Below the pieces are notes generated by a model that saw only the letters and a program-made list of their open reading frames with translations, had not been told where the DNA came from and searched no databases. The translations under genes were made by a program, and so were the position numbers. This document shows positions 1-7,603 of a DNA stretch of 33,876 bases, one piece after another. Each line of letters begins with the position of its first letter. Position 1 is the first letter of the stretch. Source of the stretch: Nitrospiria bacterium (GTDB lineage Bacteria > Nitrospirota > Nitrospiria > JACQCE01); assembly GCA_041491185.1 (NCBI GenBank), contig JBGPUQ010000001.1, forward strand, positions 1-33,876, in the 5' to 3' direction.

Positions 1-340
1 CGGTTTTTTTACGAAAATTCAACGGTACGGTGAGATGAGTTCGAGAGGGGAGGATATCCCCCAGGTCATAGATGTCGGCCGCTGATTCATGAGAGATGAC
101 CCCCTTTTTTTGACTCCACAGCCACCAGCGAATGAGATCTTCACGATCTACCGTGGGGAAATGCTTCAGGCGATAAATGCCACGCTCCACCCGGATCCAC
201 TTTCCACGTTGAATGTGGAAGTGCTGAAGCGAGTAGGGGTAACCAGCAGCTTTGGCATCGGCGGTTGTAAAATAGCCCCCCTGAGCTTCAGCCAGGGTAT
301 AGAGACGGTCTTGCCGATCCTTTGCAGTGGGTTTTGCCAT
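1..340 (-). CDS. AbiEi-family antitoxin / transcriptional regulator, N-terminal part (runs off the left edge; absent from the supplied ORF track)
   Basis: My own reverse-complement translation from the ATG at 340-338 gives MAKPTAKDRQDRLYTLAEAQGGYFTTADAKAAGYPYSLQHFHIQRGKWIRVERGIYRLKHFPTVDREDLIRWWLWSQKKGVISHESAADIYDLGDILPSRTHLTVPLNFRKK, open through position 1. The pattern G-FT..dA...G.....L......G.l.RveRGiYRl ... vISheSAa.iy.L is typical of AbiEi N-terminal winged-helix domains. Confidence 0.7.
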   Translation of the reverse strand, partial: MAKPTAKDRQDRLYTLAEAQGGYFTTADAKAAGYPYSLQHFHIQRGKWIRVERGIYRLKHFPTVDREDLIRWWLWSQKKGVISHESAADIYDLGDILPSRTHLTVPLNFRKKT

Positions 341-356
341 GCACAAAACTTACACT

Positions 357-421
357 AAATTGAAGTATTTTGCAATACTTGTATATTTTATAGCATAATA
401 CTTCAATTAAATTGAAGTATT
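357..421. promoter_or_regulatory. Repeat operator/promoter region upstream of abiEi (12-mer AATTGAAGTATT: two direct copies, one inverted, one half-site)
   Basis: AAATTGAAGTATT occurs at 357-369 and 409-421 (13/13 identical). The inverted copy AATACTTCAATT lies at 397-408 and forms a palindrome with 409-421. A half-site AATACTT lies at 374-380 and forms AAGTATT-ttgc-AATACTT with 364-370. The region is AT-rich and sits between the hsdR stop (429) and the abiEi start (340). Confidence 0.55.
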
Positions 422-428
422 ATGCATT

Positions 429-2804
429 CTAGGCGGCGTACAGGAGCGTCTGGAGTTGGTTGACGGCTTCCCTCAGCCGTTCCGGCCCTCCAAAATAGCC
501 GGCAATCTCCACCACGTTCCCATGGCTTGAGAGCGGGGGCACTTTGAGGACATCGGGGATGACGAACTGTGCGGTGCCGTGTTCGGCGTACTTCTCCAAC
601 AGTTCATTCAGGATCGCCTTGGCTTCGGGGCCATACTGATCAAAGAAATCCTTTTTCTCCTTCAGTAGTCTGTCGGCTCGTTCGCGCCGGGTGCGAAGTG
701 GGGCGTTGAACGCCACGTGGCAGAGCAGATCGAAGGGATCGGCATCCGGCTGATTGGCAGCGGTGGCCAGTTCATCGAAATTGATGCCTCGGTCGGCAAG
801 CTGGCGAATAATCTCCGCGCGCTGGTCAGGATGCATCCATTGGGCGCGCAACTCGGCGGCGGAACGATAGAGCGTTCGGACCTTCTCGGCCGTGTAGTCC
901 GTGAATTTAATGACTCGAAGTTGTTTGCCCTCCGGATCAAGCTCATACACCAGGTGCGCCGCGATTTCAACCTGGCCGCCGTCCACGTAATATTTGCGTC
1001 GATCCGGCCGATCTTTTTCATGGATGGCAGGTTGATCTGTCTGGATTCGATCTTCTTCGGTGTAGGGTATTGGGGTGACGTCAACCTTCTCCGTTCCGGG
1101 AATAGGTTGCCCAGCATTATCCACTTGCATTTCCGTGATGGTGGCCGGATCACCGTCAAAATCGGGGTCGGCAAAGAGGCGGGTGGCGCTGCCGGTGTAG
1201 TCCAGAATGTTGAAGAACAGTTTCCCATAGTCGTCACGGACCCGGGTACCCCGTCCGATGATCTGCTTGAATTCCGTCATCGAGTCGATCACGCGCGCCA
1301 GGACAATATTCTTGCACGTTGGGATGTCCACCCCGGTCGTCAGCAACCGTGACGTGGTGAGAATCACGGGGGAAACCGTCTCCACGTCCTGAAATCGCCC
1401 CAAGTGCCCCCTGCCGATCGCGCCCTCTTCAGAGGTCACGCGACAGACATAATCCGGATATTGCTGCACAAGATCAGCGTTGAGGTTATTCAGTAACCGT
1501 CGCATCTCATCCGCGTGTTCCTGGTCTACGCAGAAGATGATGGTTTTCGCAAATCGATCGGTTTTCTTCATAAATTCGGTCAGATGGCGGGCAATCGTCT
1601 CAGTGCGCGCCCTCAGCGCGACAATCCGCTCAAAATCTTTCGTCTGGTAGACCTCATCCGGTATCGCCCGACCATACCGGTCAAGCTCATCCTTGCTGGG
1701 CCGCCAACCGGCAGCGTCATAGGTTGTAATCACCCGATGGACGCGATACGGTGCGAGAAACCCATCCTCAATGCCTTGCCGCAGGCTGTACTGATAGATC
1801 GGATTGCCGAAGTAGCGATAGGTGTCTCGATTATCTTCTCTGAGCGGCGTCGCCGTCATGCCAAGCTGATACGCCGGCTCAAAGTATTCGAGAATTTCCC
1901 GCCAGTTGCTTTCATCGCGTGCGCTGCCGCGGTGGCACTCGTCAACGATGATGAGATCAAAAAAGCCGGGATCATACTCACGGTACAGCCCCGGCCTGCG
2001 TTCATCTTTGGCAATGGCCTGATAGATGGCAAAATACATCTCTCGGCCTTTGTTGGCCTCGCCATTCTCGATCTTCCACCTGGCATCTCCAAACTGGGCA
2101 AAAATTTTGTCCTTGGGGTCATCAACCAGGATGTTGCGGTCGGCCAGATAGAGGATCTTGGGCCGCCGATATTCACCGGTACGGTTCCATCTCGACGTCC
2201 ACAGCTTCCAACAGATCTGAAAGGCGACGATCGTCTTGCCTGTCCCGGTTGCCATGGTGAGCAGGATTCGCTGTTTGTCTTGCAGGATCGCCTGAACTGA
2301 GCGGTTGACCGCGATTTCCTGATAATAGCGCGGGCTTTTCCCTGACAGATGATTGAACGGTGTTAACAGACGCTGGACCGTTGTTTGATCAGTCAGGCCT
2401 TGGGTGGTCGAAAATCTTGACCAGAGCTCATCCGGCGATGGAAACATATTGATCTCCTGCTCCCGACCGGTGAGATAATCGAACTCAATAATGCCATGCC
2501 CATTCGTCGAATAGGCGAACTTCAGACCGAGAATCTCGGCATACTCCTTGGCTTGCTGCAAGCCGTCGCCTGGCGACTTATGATCCGGTTTTGCCTCGAT
2601 CACCGCAATCGTAAAGTCGCGCGCATACCGCAGGAGATAGTCGGCCCGTTTTTGGCCGCCGCGGCGGGTTTTGTTTCCAATCAGGATAATGCGACCATCT
2701 GTAAATGTTTTCTGTTCGGTAAAGGAATGCGGCTCGTTGTCCCAGCCGGCTTGAAGCAACTTGGGGAGAACGTACTTTCTACAGGTATCGGCTTCCGTGC
2801 TCAT
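429..2804 (-). CDS. hsdR: Type I restriction enzyme R subunit (HsdR, EcoEI-like with conserved C-terminal domain)
   Basis: ORF 429..2885. Likely start is M28 (ATG at 2804), giving MSTEADTCRKYVLPKLLQAGW. N-terminal PD-(D/E)xK nuclease signature (ADYLL...IAVIEAKPD). Helicase motif I LTMATGTGKT, motif II IIVDECHRG, motif III GMTATP. Confidence 0.9.
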   Translation of the reverse strand: MSTEADTCRKYVLPKLLQAGWDNEPHSFTEQKTFTDGRIILIGNKTRRGGQKRADYLLRYARDFTIAVIEAKPDHKSPGDGLQQAKEYAEILGLKFAYSTNGHGIIEFDYLTGREQEINMFPSPDELWSRFSTTQGLTDQTTVQRLLTPFNHLSGKSPRYYQEIAVNRSVQAILQDKQRILLTMATGTGKTIVAFQICWKLWTSRWNRTGEYRRPKILYLADRNILVDDPKDKIFAQFGDARWKIENGEANKGREMYFAIYQAIAKDERRPGLYREYDPGFFDLIIVDECHRGSARDESNWREILEYFEPAYQLGMTATPLREDNRDTYRYFGNPIYQYSLRQGIEDGFLAPYRVHRVITTYDAAGWRPSKDELDRYGRAIPDEVYQTKDFERIVALRARTETIARHLTEFMKKTDRFAKTIIFCVDQEHADEMRRLLNNLNADLVQQYPDYVCRVTSEEGAIGRGHLGRFQDVETVSPVILTTSRLLTTGVDIPTCKNIVLARVIDSMTEFKQIIGRGTRVRDDYGKLFFNILDYTGSATRLFADPDFDGDPATITEMQVDNAGQPIPGTEKVDVTPIPYTEEDRIQTDQPAIHEKDRPDRRKYYVDGGQVEIAAHLVYELDPEGKQLRVIKFTDYTAEKVRTLYRSAAELRAQWMHPDQRAEIIRQLADRGINFDELATAANQPDADPFDLLCHVAFNAPLRTRRERADRLLKEKKDFFDQYGPEAKAILNELLEKYAEHGTAQFVIPDVLKVPPLSSHGNVVEIAGYFGGPERLREAVNQLQTLLYAA

Positions 2805-3083
2805 GCCGTCAGCACCATAGCGTTCGGAACCTACATTGTGGGGGACAGATCGAGAAAGTGTACTCTGACGGCAAGGAATTCTCAATATGGACCGGCTACA
2901 GGAGAGGAATCAGACTTTCGAACTGGCCGATGATGTCCATGATCAATATGTTATGCAAAATGTTCATGAACATGTGTTTTTCTGAAATTTTCACTTTCGA
3001 ACTACACGCCCAATGACACAGCTCTTTATCTTGCCTAGAGAAAATCCTTTGGCCTTCTGATTGGGAATTCAAAAACAAAAGAA

Positions 3084-3157
3084 TGGCTGGGGGACGAGGA
3101 TTCGAACCTCGGTAAGCAGAGTCAGAGTCTGCTGTCCTGCCGCTAGACGATCCCCCA
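3084..3157 (-). tRNA. tRNA-Gln (anticodon CUG), CCA encoded
   Basis: The reverse complement reads TGGGGGATCGTCTAGCGGCAGGACAGCAGACTCTGACTCTGCTTACCGAGGTTCGAATCCTCGTCCCCCAGCCA. Acceptor stem TGGGGGA/TCCCCCA, anticodon stem GCAGA/TCTGC with loop CT-CTG-AC, T-arm CGAGG-TTCGAAT-CCTCG, discriminator G followed by CCA. Confidence 0.9.
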
Positions 3158-3172
3158 GTAGTTGAGCAACAA

Positions 3173-3265
3173 GGTGGCTAGGTTGCTAGGTAGATAGGTG
3201 GCTAGGAGGGATGATGTGGCATCACTCTTTTCTAGCTACCCAGCTACCTAACCACCGAGCTACCT
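3173..3265. repeat. Long imperfect hairpin whose arms are tandem octamers (GGTNGNTA x4 / TAGCNACC x4)
   Basis: Left arm GGTGGCTA GGTTGCTA GGTAGATA GGTGGCTA GG (3173-3206). Right arm CTAGCTAC CCAGCTAC CTAACCAC CGAGCTAC CT (3232-3265). About 26 of 33 positions are complementary, plus G-U pairs. The right arm overlaps the gltX stop codon (3264-3266). The structure lies between gltX and tRNA-Gln. Confidence 0.7.
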
Positions 3266-4700
3266 ACGCACCATTTTCCCTATTCATCCCAATTGAGTCA
3301 AGCGCCTTCTTCAGTCGGGAGAGCGTCCGTTCTTTGCCCAGCAGCGACAGCACTTCATAAATCCCCGGGCTGACGGTGCGGCCGGTCAGCGCGACGCGAA
3401 CCGGCTGAGCGAGCTGCGCCATTTTGAGTTGATGCCCGGCCATCACAGCCTCAAACGCCGCATGTTGTGACGGTTCATCAAACGCCGGCAGCGTGGCCAG
3501 CCGCTGGGTCAGATCGGCCAGCGCGGGCTTGATCGCCGGCGTCAGAAACTTGGCGGCGGCCGCCGGCTCCGGATTGATCTCTTCCTCGATGTAGCAGAAC
3601 GACAGATCGGCCATCTCGGCGAGAGTTTTGCATCGTTCTTGTAACGCGCGGACGATGGGGACGACCTGCTCGATCGCCACCGACCGGGCGGCCGGCTCCC
3701 GTTCGGCCCAGTAGTGATCCCGCAGGAGATGGGCCAGGCGCTCCGGCTTTGCCGCCTTGATATAGTGGCTGTTGAGCCAGAGAAGCTTTTCCGGGTTGAA
3801 GACGGCGGCCGAGGTGCCGATGTGATCGAGCGAAAATTTTTCCACCATTTCCTGCAACGAAAAAATCTCCTGATTGCCGGCCGACCAGCCCAGCCGGGCC
3901 AGATAGTTCAGCAGCGCTTCGGGCAGATAGCCCATTTCCCGATAGACCAGGGTCGACGTGGCGCCGTGCCGCTTGGAGAGGCGCGCTTTGTCCGGGCCGA
4001 GGATCATCGAGACGTGGGCAAACTGGGGCGGCGGATCGCCGAAGGCGTCGTAGAGTTGCATTTGCCGCGGGGTGTTGTTGAGATGGTCGTCGCCGCGGAT
4101 GACGTGGCTGATCTTCATCTCGGCGTCATCGACCACGACGCAGAGGTTGTAGGTCGGGATGCCGTCGGAGCGCAGAAGGATCAGGTCGTCGAGCTGGCTG
4201 TTTTCAAAGACCACGTCGCCGCGGACGAGATCGTGGACGACGGTGTGGCCCGTCTTTGGCGCTTTGAACCGCACCGCCGGCGTGCGGCCGGCCATCGGCT
4301 CGCGCCGGTCGCGGCAGCGGCCGTCATATTTGGGCGTCTGTTTTTTCGCCATCGCTTCGGCACGGCGCGCTTCCAATTCGTCGGCGGAGCAATAGCAGTG
4401 ATAGGCGCTCCCTTGTTCGAGTAATCGCTCGACATGCTTGCGATAGATCGGCAGCCGGTCGGTCTGCCGGAACGGCCCCTCGTCCCAGTCGAGCCCCAGC
4501 CATTTTAATCCTTCGACGATGCCGTGGATGGCGTCGTCGGTGGAACGTTCCTGGTCGGTGTCTTCGATCCGCAGGATGAAGGTGCCCTTGTGACGGCGCG
4601 CGAAGAGCCAGTTGAAGAGGGCGGTGCGCACGCCGCCGATGTGCAGGTGGCCGGTGGGGCTGGGGGCGAACCGGACACGGATCTGATCGTGAGTTGACAT
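3264..4700 (-). CDS. gltX: Glutamyl-tRNA synthetase
   Basis: 478 aa. Class I HIGH motif (PSPTGHLHIGG) and KMSKS-type motif (RLSKRHG). N-terminus RVRFAPSPTGHLHIGGVRTALFNWLFAR is typical of GluRS. Confidence 0.93.
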   Translation of the reverse strand: MSTHDQIRVRFAPSPTGHLHIGGVRTALFNWLFARRHKGTFILRIEDTDQERSTDDAIHGIVEGLKWLGLDWDEGPFRQTDRLPIYRKHVERLLEQGSAYHCYCSADELEARRAEAMAKKQTPKYDGRCRDRREPMAGRTPAVRFKAPKTGHTVVHDLVRGDVVFENSQLDDLILLRSDGIPTYNLCVVVDDAEMKISHVIRGDDHLNNTPRQMQLYDAFGDPPPQFAHVSMILGPDKARLSKRHGATSTLVYREMGYLPEALLNYLARLGWSAGNQEIFSLQEMVEKFSLDHIGTSAAVFNPEKLLWLNSHYIKAAKPERLAHLLRDHYWAEREPAARSVAIEQVVPIVRALQERCKTLAEMADLSFCYIEEEINPEPAAAAKFLTPAIKPALADLTQRLATLPAFDEPSQHAAFEAVMAGHQLKMAQLAQPVRVALTGRTVSPGIYEVLSLLGKERTLSRLKKALDSIGMNRENGA

Positions 4701-4815
4701 TGCGCGCCATTATGACAGTCGACGAGGGAATGGGTCAAGGGAGGCAAGGCTTGAGCCCGAGGCCAGTTCGTCGGCACGGAATCGCCTGCGCTTGCGGTGC
4801 TCGGCGGATCATTCA

Positions 4816-4865
4816 TATGTGGGGGCCCGTGCGGTGCATGTAGCTCCTCCGATGCCCCCACACCC
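4816..4865. repeat. REP-like palindromic element, family 1, short copy
   Basis: TATGTGGGGGCCCGTGCGGTGCATGTAGCTCCTCCGATGCCCCCACACCC. The termini TGTGGGGGC/GCCCCCACA are complementary. It is collinear with the copy at 7433-7498. Confidence 0.6.
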
Positions 4866-5040
4866 TGGCGCTCTCGGCTGCCCCGGTATGAAGCCAGTTG
4901 AGGGGGCAGCCTGCGAGAGGGCACTCCTCACCGGCCCCGGGCCTCAAGCCTTGGGAGATGGGCCTGAACCCGCCCGCCGCGTGTTTGCCCGTCGAGAGGG
5001 AGTGTGCTACAGTAACCGGGAATCGGGAGAGATCAACCGG

Positions 5041-5808
5041 ATGGAGTGGCCGCTTGCGGTGATCGTCTTTGCGCTGGGCGCGGCGATCGGGAGTTTTCTC
5101 AATGTCTGCATCTACCGGCTGCCCCTCGGGGAATCGATCGCGTGGCCCGGCTCGCGCTGTCCCTCATGCCAGGCGCCGATTCGCCCGCTCGAGAATATCC
5201 CGCTGTTGAGTTATCTCATCCTGCGCGGCCGGTGCCGCCAGTGCCGCAAGCCGATTTCCTGGCGCTATCCGTTGGTGGAAGCGCTCAACGGTCTCGGCTA
5301 TGTGCTGCTGCTGTGGCAATTCGGTCTGATCTGGACGACGGCGATTTATGCGCTGTTCTTCTCCTCGTTGGTCGTGGTGACCTTCATCGATCTCGATTAC
5401 CAGATCATTCCCGATCTCATCACGCTGCCCGGCATCGGCGTCGGCCTCGCGGCCGGCTATTTTCTGCCGCAGGGATTCATGAGCTCGCTCATCGGTTTCC
5501 TCGTGGGCGGCGGATTCTTTTATCTCGTGGCCGATCTGAGTTACCGCATCCTCAAGCAGGAGGGGATGGGCGGCGGCGACATCAAGTTGATCGCCATGAT
5601 CGGCGCGTTTCTGGGCTGGCATCAGGTGATTCTGACCATTTTTCTCGCCTCCCTCTCCGGCGCCGTGATCGGGTTGAGCATCATGGCGGTGAAAGGATGG
5701 GCGAGACGAACGCCGATTCCCTTCGGGCCGTTTCTGGCGTTCGGCGCCGTGTTGGCGCTCTTCTGGGGCCCGGCCATGATGGAGTGGTATGTCTCGATCG
5801 GCCGCTGA
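5041..5808 (+). CDS. pilD: Prepilin peptidase / N-methyltransferase (A24 family)
   Basis: Starts MEWPLAVIVFALGAAIGSFLNVCIYRLP. Zn-finger cysteines CPSC...CRQC. Catalytic Asp motifs FIDLDYQIIPD and GMGGGDIKL. The upstream part of ORF 4792.. looks non-coding because it contains the REP element. Confidence 0.9.
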   Translation: MEWPLAVIVFALGAAIGSFLNVCIYRLPLGESIAWPGSRCPSCQAPIRPLENIPLLSYLILRGRCRQCRKPISWRYPLVEALNGLGYVLLLWQFGLIWTTAIYALFFSSLVVVTFIDLDYQIIPDLITLPGIGVGLAAGYFLPQGFMSSLIGFLVGGGFFYLVADLSYRILKQEGMGGGDIKLIAMIGAFLGWHQVILTIFLASLSGAVIGLSIMAVKGWARRTPIPFGPFLAFGAVLALFWGPAMMEWYVSIGR

Positions 5809-7207
5809 CCGAATGGATCATGCCGGCCGGTTCACGCCTGGCGGTCTCTTCTTTCTCTTGCTGGGTGTGCTGGTGATGCTCTATTTCACCGGCAGCCCGC
5901 CGTGGCTGCTGCTCATGGGCGTCGGGCTGGAAGGTGTCCTGCTGATCTTTGCCCTGGTCGGTTCGATGCGGTCCGGTCCGGCCGGCCGGCGCGCCGATGC
6001 GAAGGGCAGCCAGGACGAGTTTGTGATGGGGACCTTCCAGGGGCTCCTCCAGGAGTTGAAGGAGAAGGAGCTGGAACTGGCGAAACTTCGCAGCCAGGCC
6101 GAAGAACGCGCCCGGCACGTGGAGAGTTACAACGAGAATATCCTCCGCAGCGTTGCGAGCGGCGTCCTGACCGTCGATCGGGAGTTATGCGTGACCTCGT
6201 ATAATGCGGCGGCCGAACGGATTTTGGGATTTCCCCGGCAAGATGTTGTCGGGCGGCGGCCGGATCAGCTCTTCGGCGCGGAGCATCCGCTGACGAAGAT
6301 CATCGCGCAGACCCTGGACCGGCAGGAGTGGCTCAGCCGGCAGGAGCTGGAGCTGGACGCGCCGAGCGGACGGGTGTGGGTGGGGATGAGCACGTCGTTG
6401 CTGTGCGACCAGGCGGGCGCGGTGCTGGGCGCCACGGTGGTCTTCACCGATCTCACCGAGATCAAACGGCTGCAGGAGCAGGTGGAGCTGCGGCGGCGGT
6501 TGTCGGTGCTGGGCGAAATGTCGGCGGGGATCGCCCACGAGTTTCGCAATTACATGGGGACGATCATGGGCTATGCCAGTCTGGTGGCCAAACGGCTGGG
6601 GCCGGATGATCCGGCGTTGAAGATGGCGACGGCCATTACCGAGGAGCTCAAGGCGATGAACCGGCTGATCGACGATCTCCTCAACTTCGGCCGGCAGAGC
6701 GAACCGGCGCTTCAACCGACCGATCTGGTCGATTTGATCACGCGCAGTGTGGCCCAGGTGATGGGTCGGGGGGCCGAGTCGAAGGTGACCGTTGAGCTGG
6801 ATCTGGTCCCGGGGCTGCCGGCCTCCATTCTGCTGGACGACGGGCTGATGCGGCAGGCATTGCTCAACGTGCTGAACAATGCCATCGAGGCGATGCCGGA
6901 CGGCGGCGCGCTGTCGGTGCAGGCCAGACCGGTCGGCCGGCGCGACGTGGAGATCACGATCACCGATACCGGCGTGGGCATTCCGCCGGAGCATCAGGAA
7001 AAGATCTTCCTCCCCATGTTCACGACCAAACAGAAAGGCACCGGGCTGGGGCTGGCCCTCGCGCACAAAATCATTCTGTCGCACGGCGGCCGGATCGTCG
7101 TCGAGAGCAAAGAGGGCCGCGGCACGACGTTCCGCATCATGCTCCCGATCGGCGTGCCCGCCGGCGCGGCCGCGCGCGGCCCCGGAGACGCGGCGCGCCG
7201 GTTATGA
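5789..7207 (+). CDS. Membrane-anchored PAS sensor histidine kinase (NtrB/PilS-like)
   Basis: Two N-terminal TM segments, a coiled coil and a PAS-like region. H-box SAGIAHEFRNY, N-box LNVLNNAIEAM, G1 DTGVGI, G2 GTGLGLA. The start is uncertain (ATG 5789 or ATG 5813). Confidence 0.88.
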   Translation: MSRSAADRMDHAGRFTPGGLFFLLLGVLVMLYFTGSPPWLLLMGVGLEGVLLIFALVGSMRSGPAGRRADAKGSQDEFVMGTFQGLLQELKEKELELAKLRSQAEERARHVESYNENILRSVASGVLTVDRELCVTSYNAAAERILGFPRQDVVGRRPDQLFGAEHPLTKIIAQTLDRQEWLSRQELELDAPSGRVWVGMSTSLLCDQAGAVLGATVVFTDLTEIKRLQEQVELRRRLSVLGEMSAGIAHEFRNYMGTIMGYASLVAKRLGPDDPALKMATAITEELKAMNRLIDDLLNFGRQSEPALQPTDLVDLITRSVAQVMGRGAESKVTVELDLVPGLPASILLDDGLMRQALLNVLNNAIEAMPDGGALSVQARPVGRRDVEITITDTGVGIPPEHQEKIFLPMFTTKQKGTGLGLALAHKIILSHGGRIVVESKEGRGTTFRIMLPIGVPAGAAARGPGDAARRL

Positions 7208-7417
7208 GGGTGGCGCCGTTTTCGGCTCGGCCTCGGGCAGGGCGCGGATCTGCATCCGGCCGTTGACCGGCAACGCATCCAGCAACACCGTCTCGCTGCC
7301 GTCCTGGTTGGTAAACGCGGCGCCGACCCGGATCCAGTAACTCTTGCCGTTGCGCTCCGAGATGGCAAAGACCTGTCGAACGGTTCTGTTGGTGCTCTTC
7401 TGTGGTTTTTCGGCCAT
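7202..7417 (-). CDS. Small hypothetical protein (71 aa), convergent with the kinase gene and overlapping it by 6 nt
   Basis: MAEKPQKSTNRTVRQVFAISERNGKSYWIRVGAAFTNQDGSETVLLDALPVNGRMQIRALPEAEPKTAPPS. The ATG at 7417 is preceded by a strong SD (AAAGGAGG, reverse complement of 7423-7430). A -24/-12 promoter lies about 90 nt upstream. No family recognised. Confidence 0.55.
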   Translation of the reverse strand: MAEKPQKSTNRTVRQVFAISERNGKSYWIRVGAAFTNQDGSETVLLDALPVNGRMQIRALPEAEPKTAPPS

Positions 7418-7432
7418 GGGGGCCTCCTTTGT

Positions 7433-7498
7433 TATGTGGGGCCCGTGCGGTGTAGGGGCGGTTCTTGAACCGCCCCTGCCATCCGATGCCCCACACCC
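7433..7498. repeat. REP-like palindromic element, family 1, long copy with internal perfect hairpin
   Basis: TATGTGGGGCCCGTGCGGTG-TAGGGGCGGTTCTTGAACCGCCCCTGCCA-TCCGATGCCCCACACCC. Both flanks match 4816-4865. The inner 10-bp stem is GGGGCGGTTC/GAACCGCCCC (7455-7476). Confidence 0.6.
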
Positions 7499-7505
7499 AA
7501 AAGAA

Positions 7506-7521
7506 AGCACATTCCATGCCA
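7506..7521 (-). promoter_or_regulatory. Candidate sigma-54 (-24/-12) promoter for the 71-aa ORF
   Basis: The reverse complement reads TGGCATGGAATGTGCT. GG and GC have the canonical 12-nt register (consensus TGGCAC-N5-TTGC). It lies about 90 nt upstream of the ATG at 7417, between a histidine kinase gene and a sigma-54 activator gene. Confidence 0.5.
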
Positions 7522-7603
7522 GAAGAAAAAACTGCGGTGAAGTCAGCTCTCCGCGTTTTGCTGTGGATTTATCTGCACGATTGTTCAGTGTGGCCCCCGG
7601 CTG

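Noticed and set aside
89-358. 89-aa plus-strand ORF at the left edge.
   Set aside because: The opposite strand encodes a convincing AbiEi N-terminal domain with its own start at 340. The plus-strand product has no recognisable features.
2896-3078. 60-aa minus-strand ORF in the AT-rich tract beside the tRNA.
   Set aside because: No RBS, odd composition, and it lies in the likely island junction or promoter region. Treated as non-coding.
4771-4786. CGGCACGGAATCGCC as a sigma-54 promoter in the gltX/pilD spacer.
   Set aside because: The GG-to-GC register is one nucleotide too short and there is no TTGC.
4792-5040. N-terminal 83-aa extension of the pilD ORF. The same question arises for hsdR (2805-2885), pilW (12700-12792), pilX (13532-13612), DUF4321 (23535-23720) and shc (24860-25063).
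   Set aside because: The extensions cover repeat elements or overlap upstream genes, and they are Arg/Pro/Gly-rich. Internal starts with an RBS or a typical family N-terminus were preferred.
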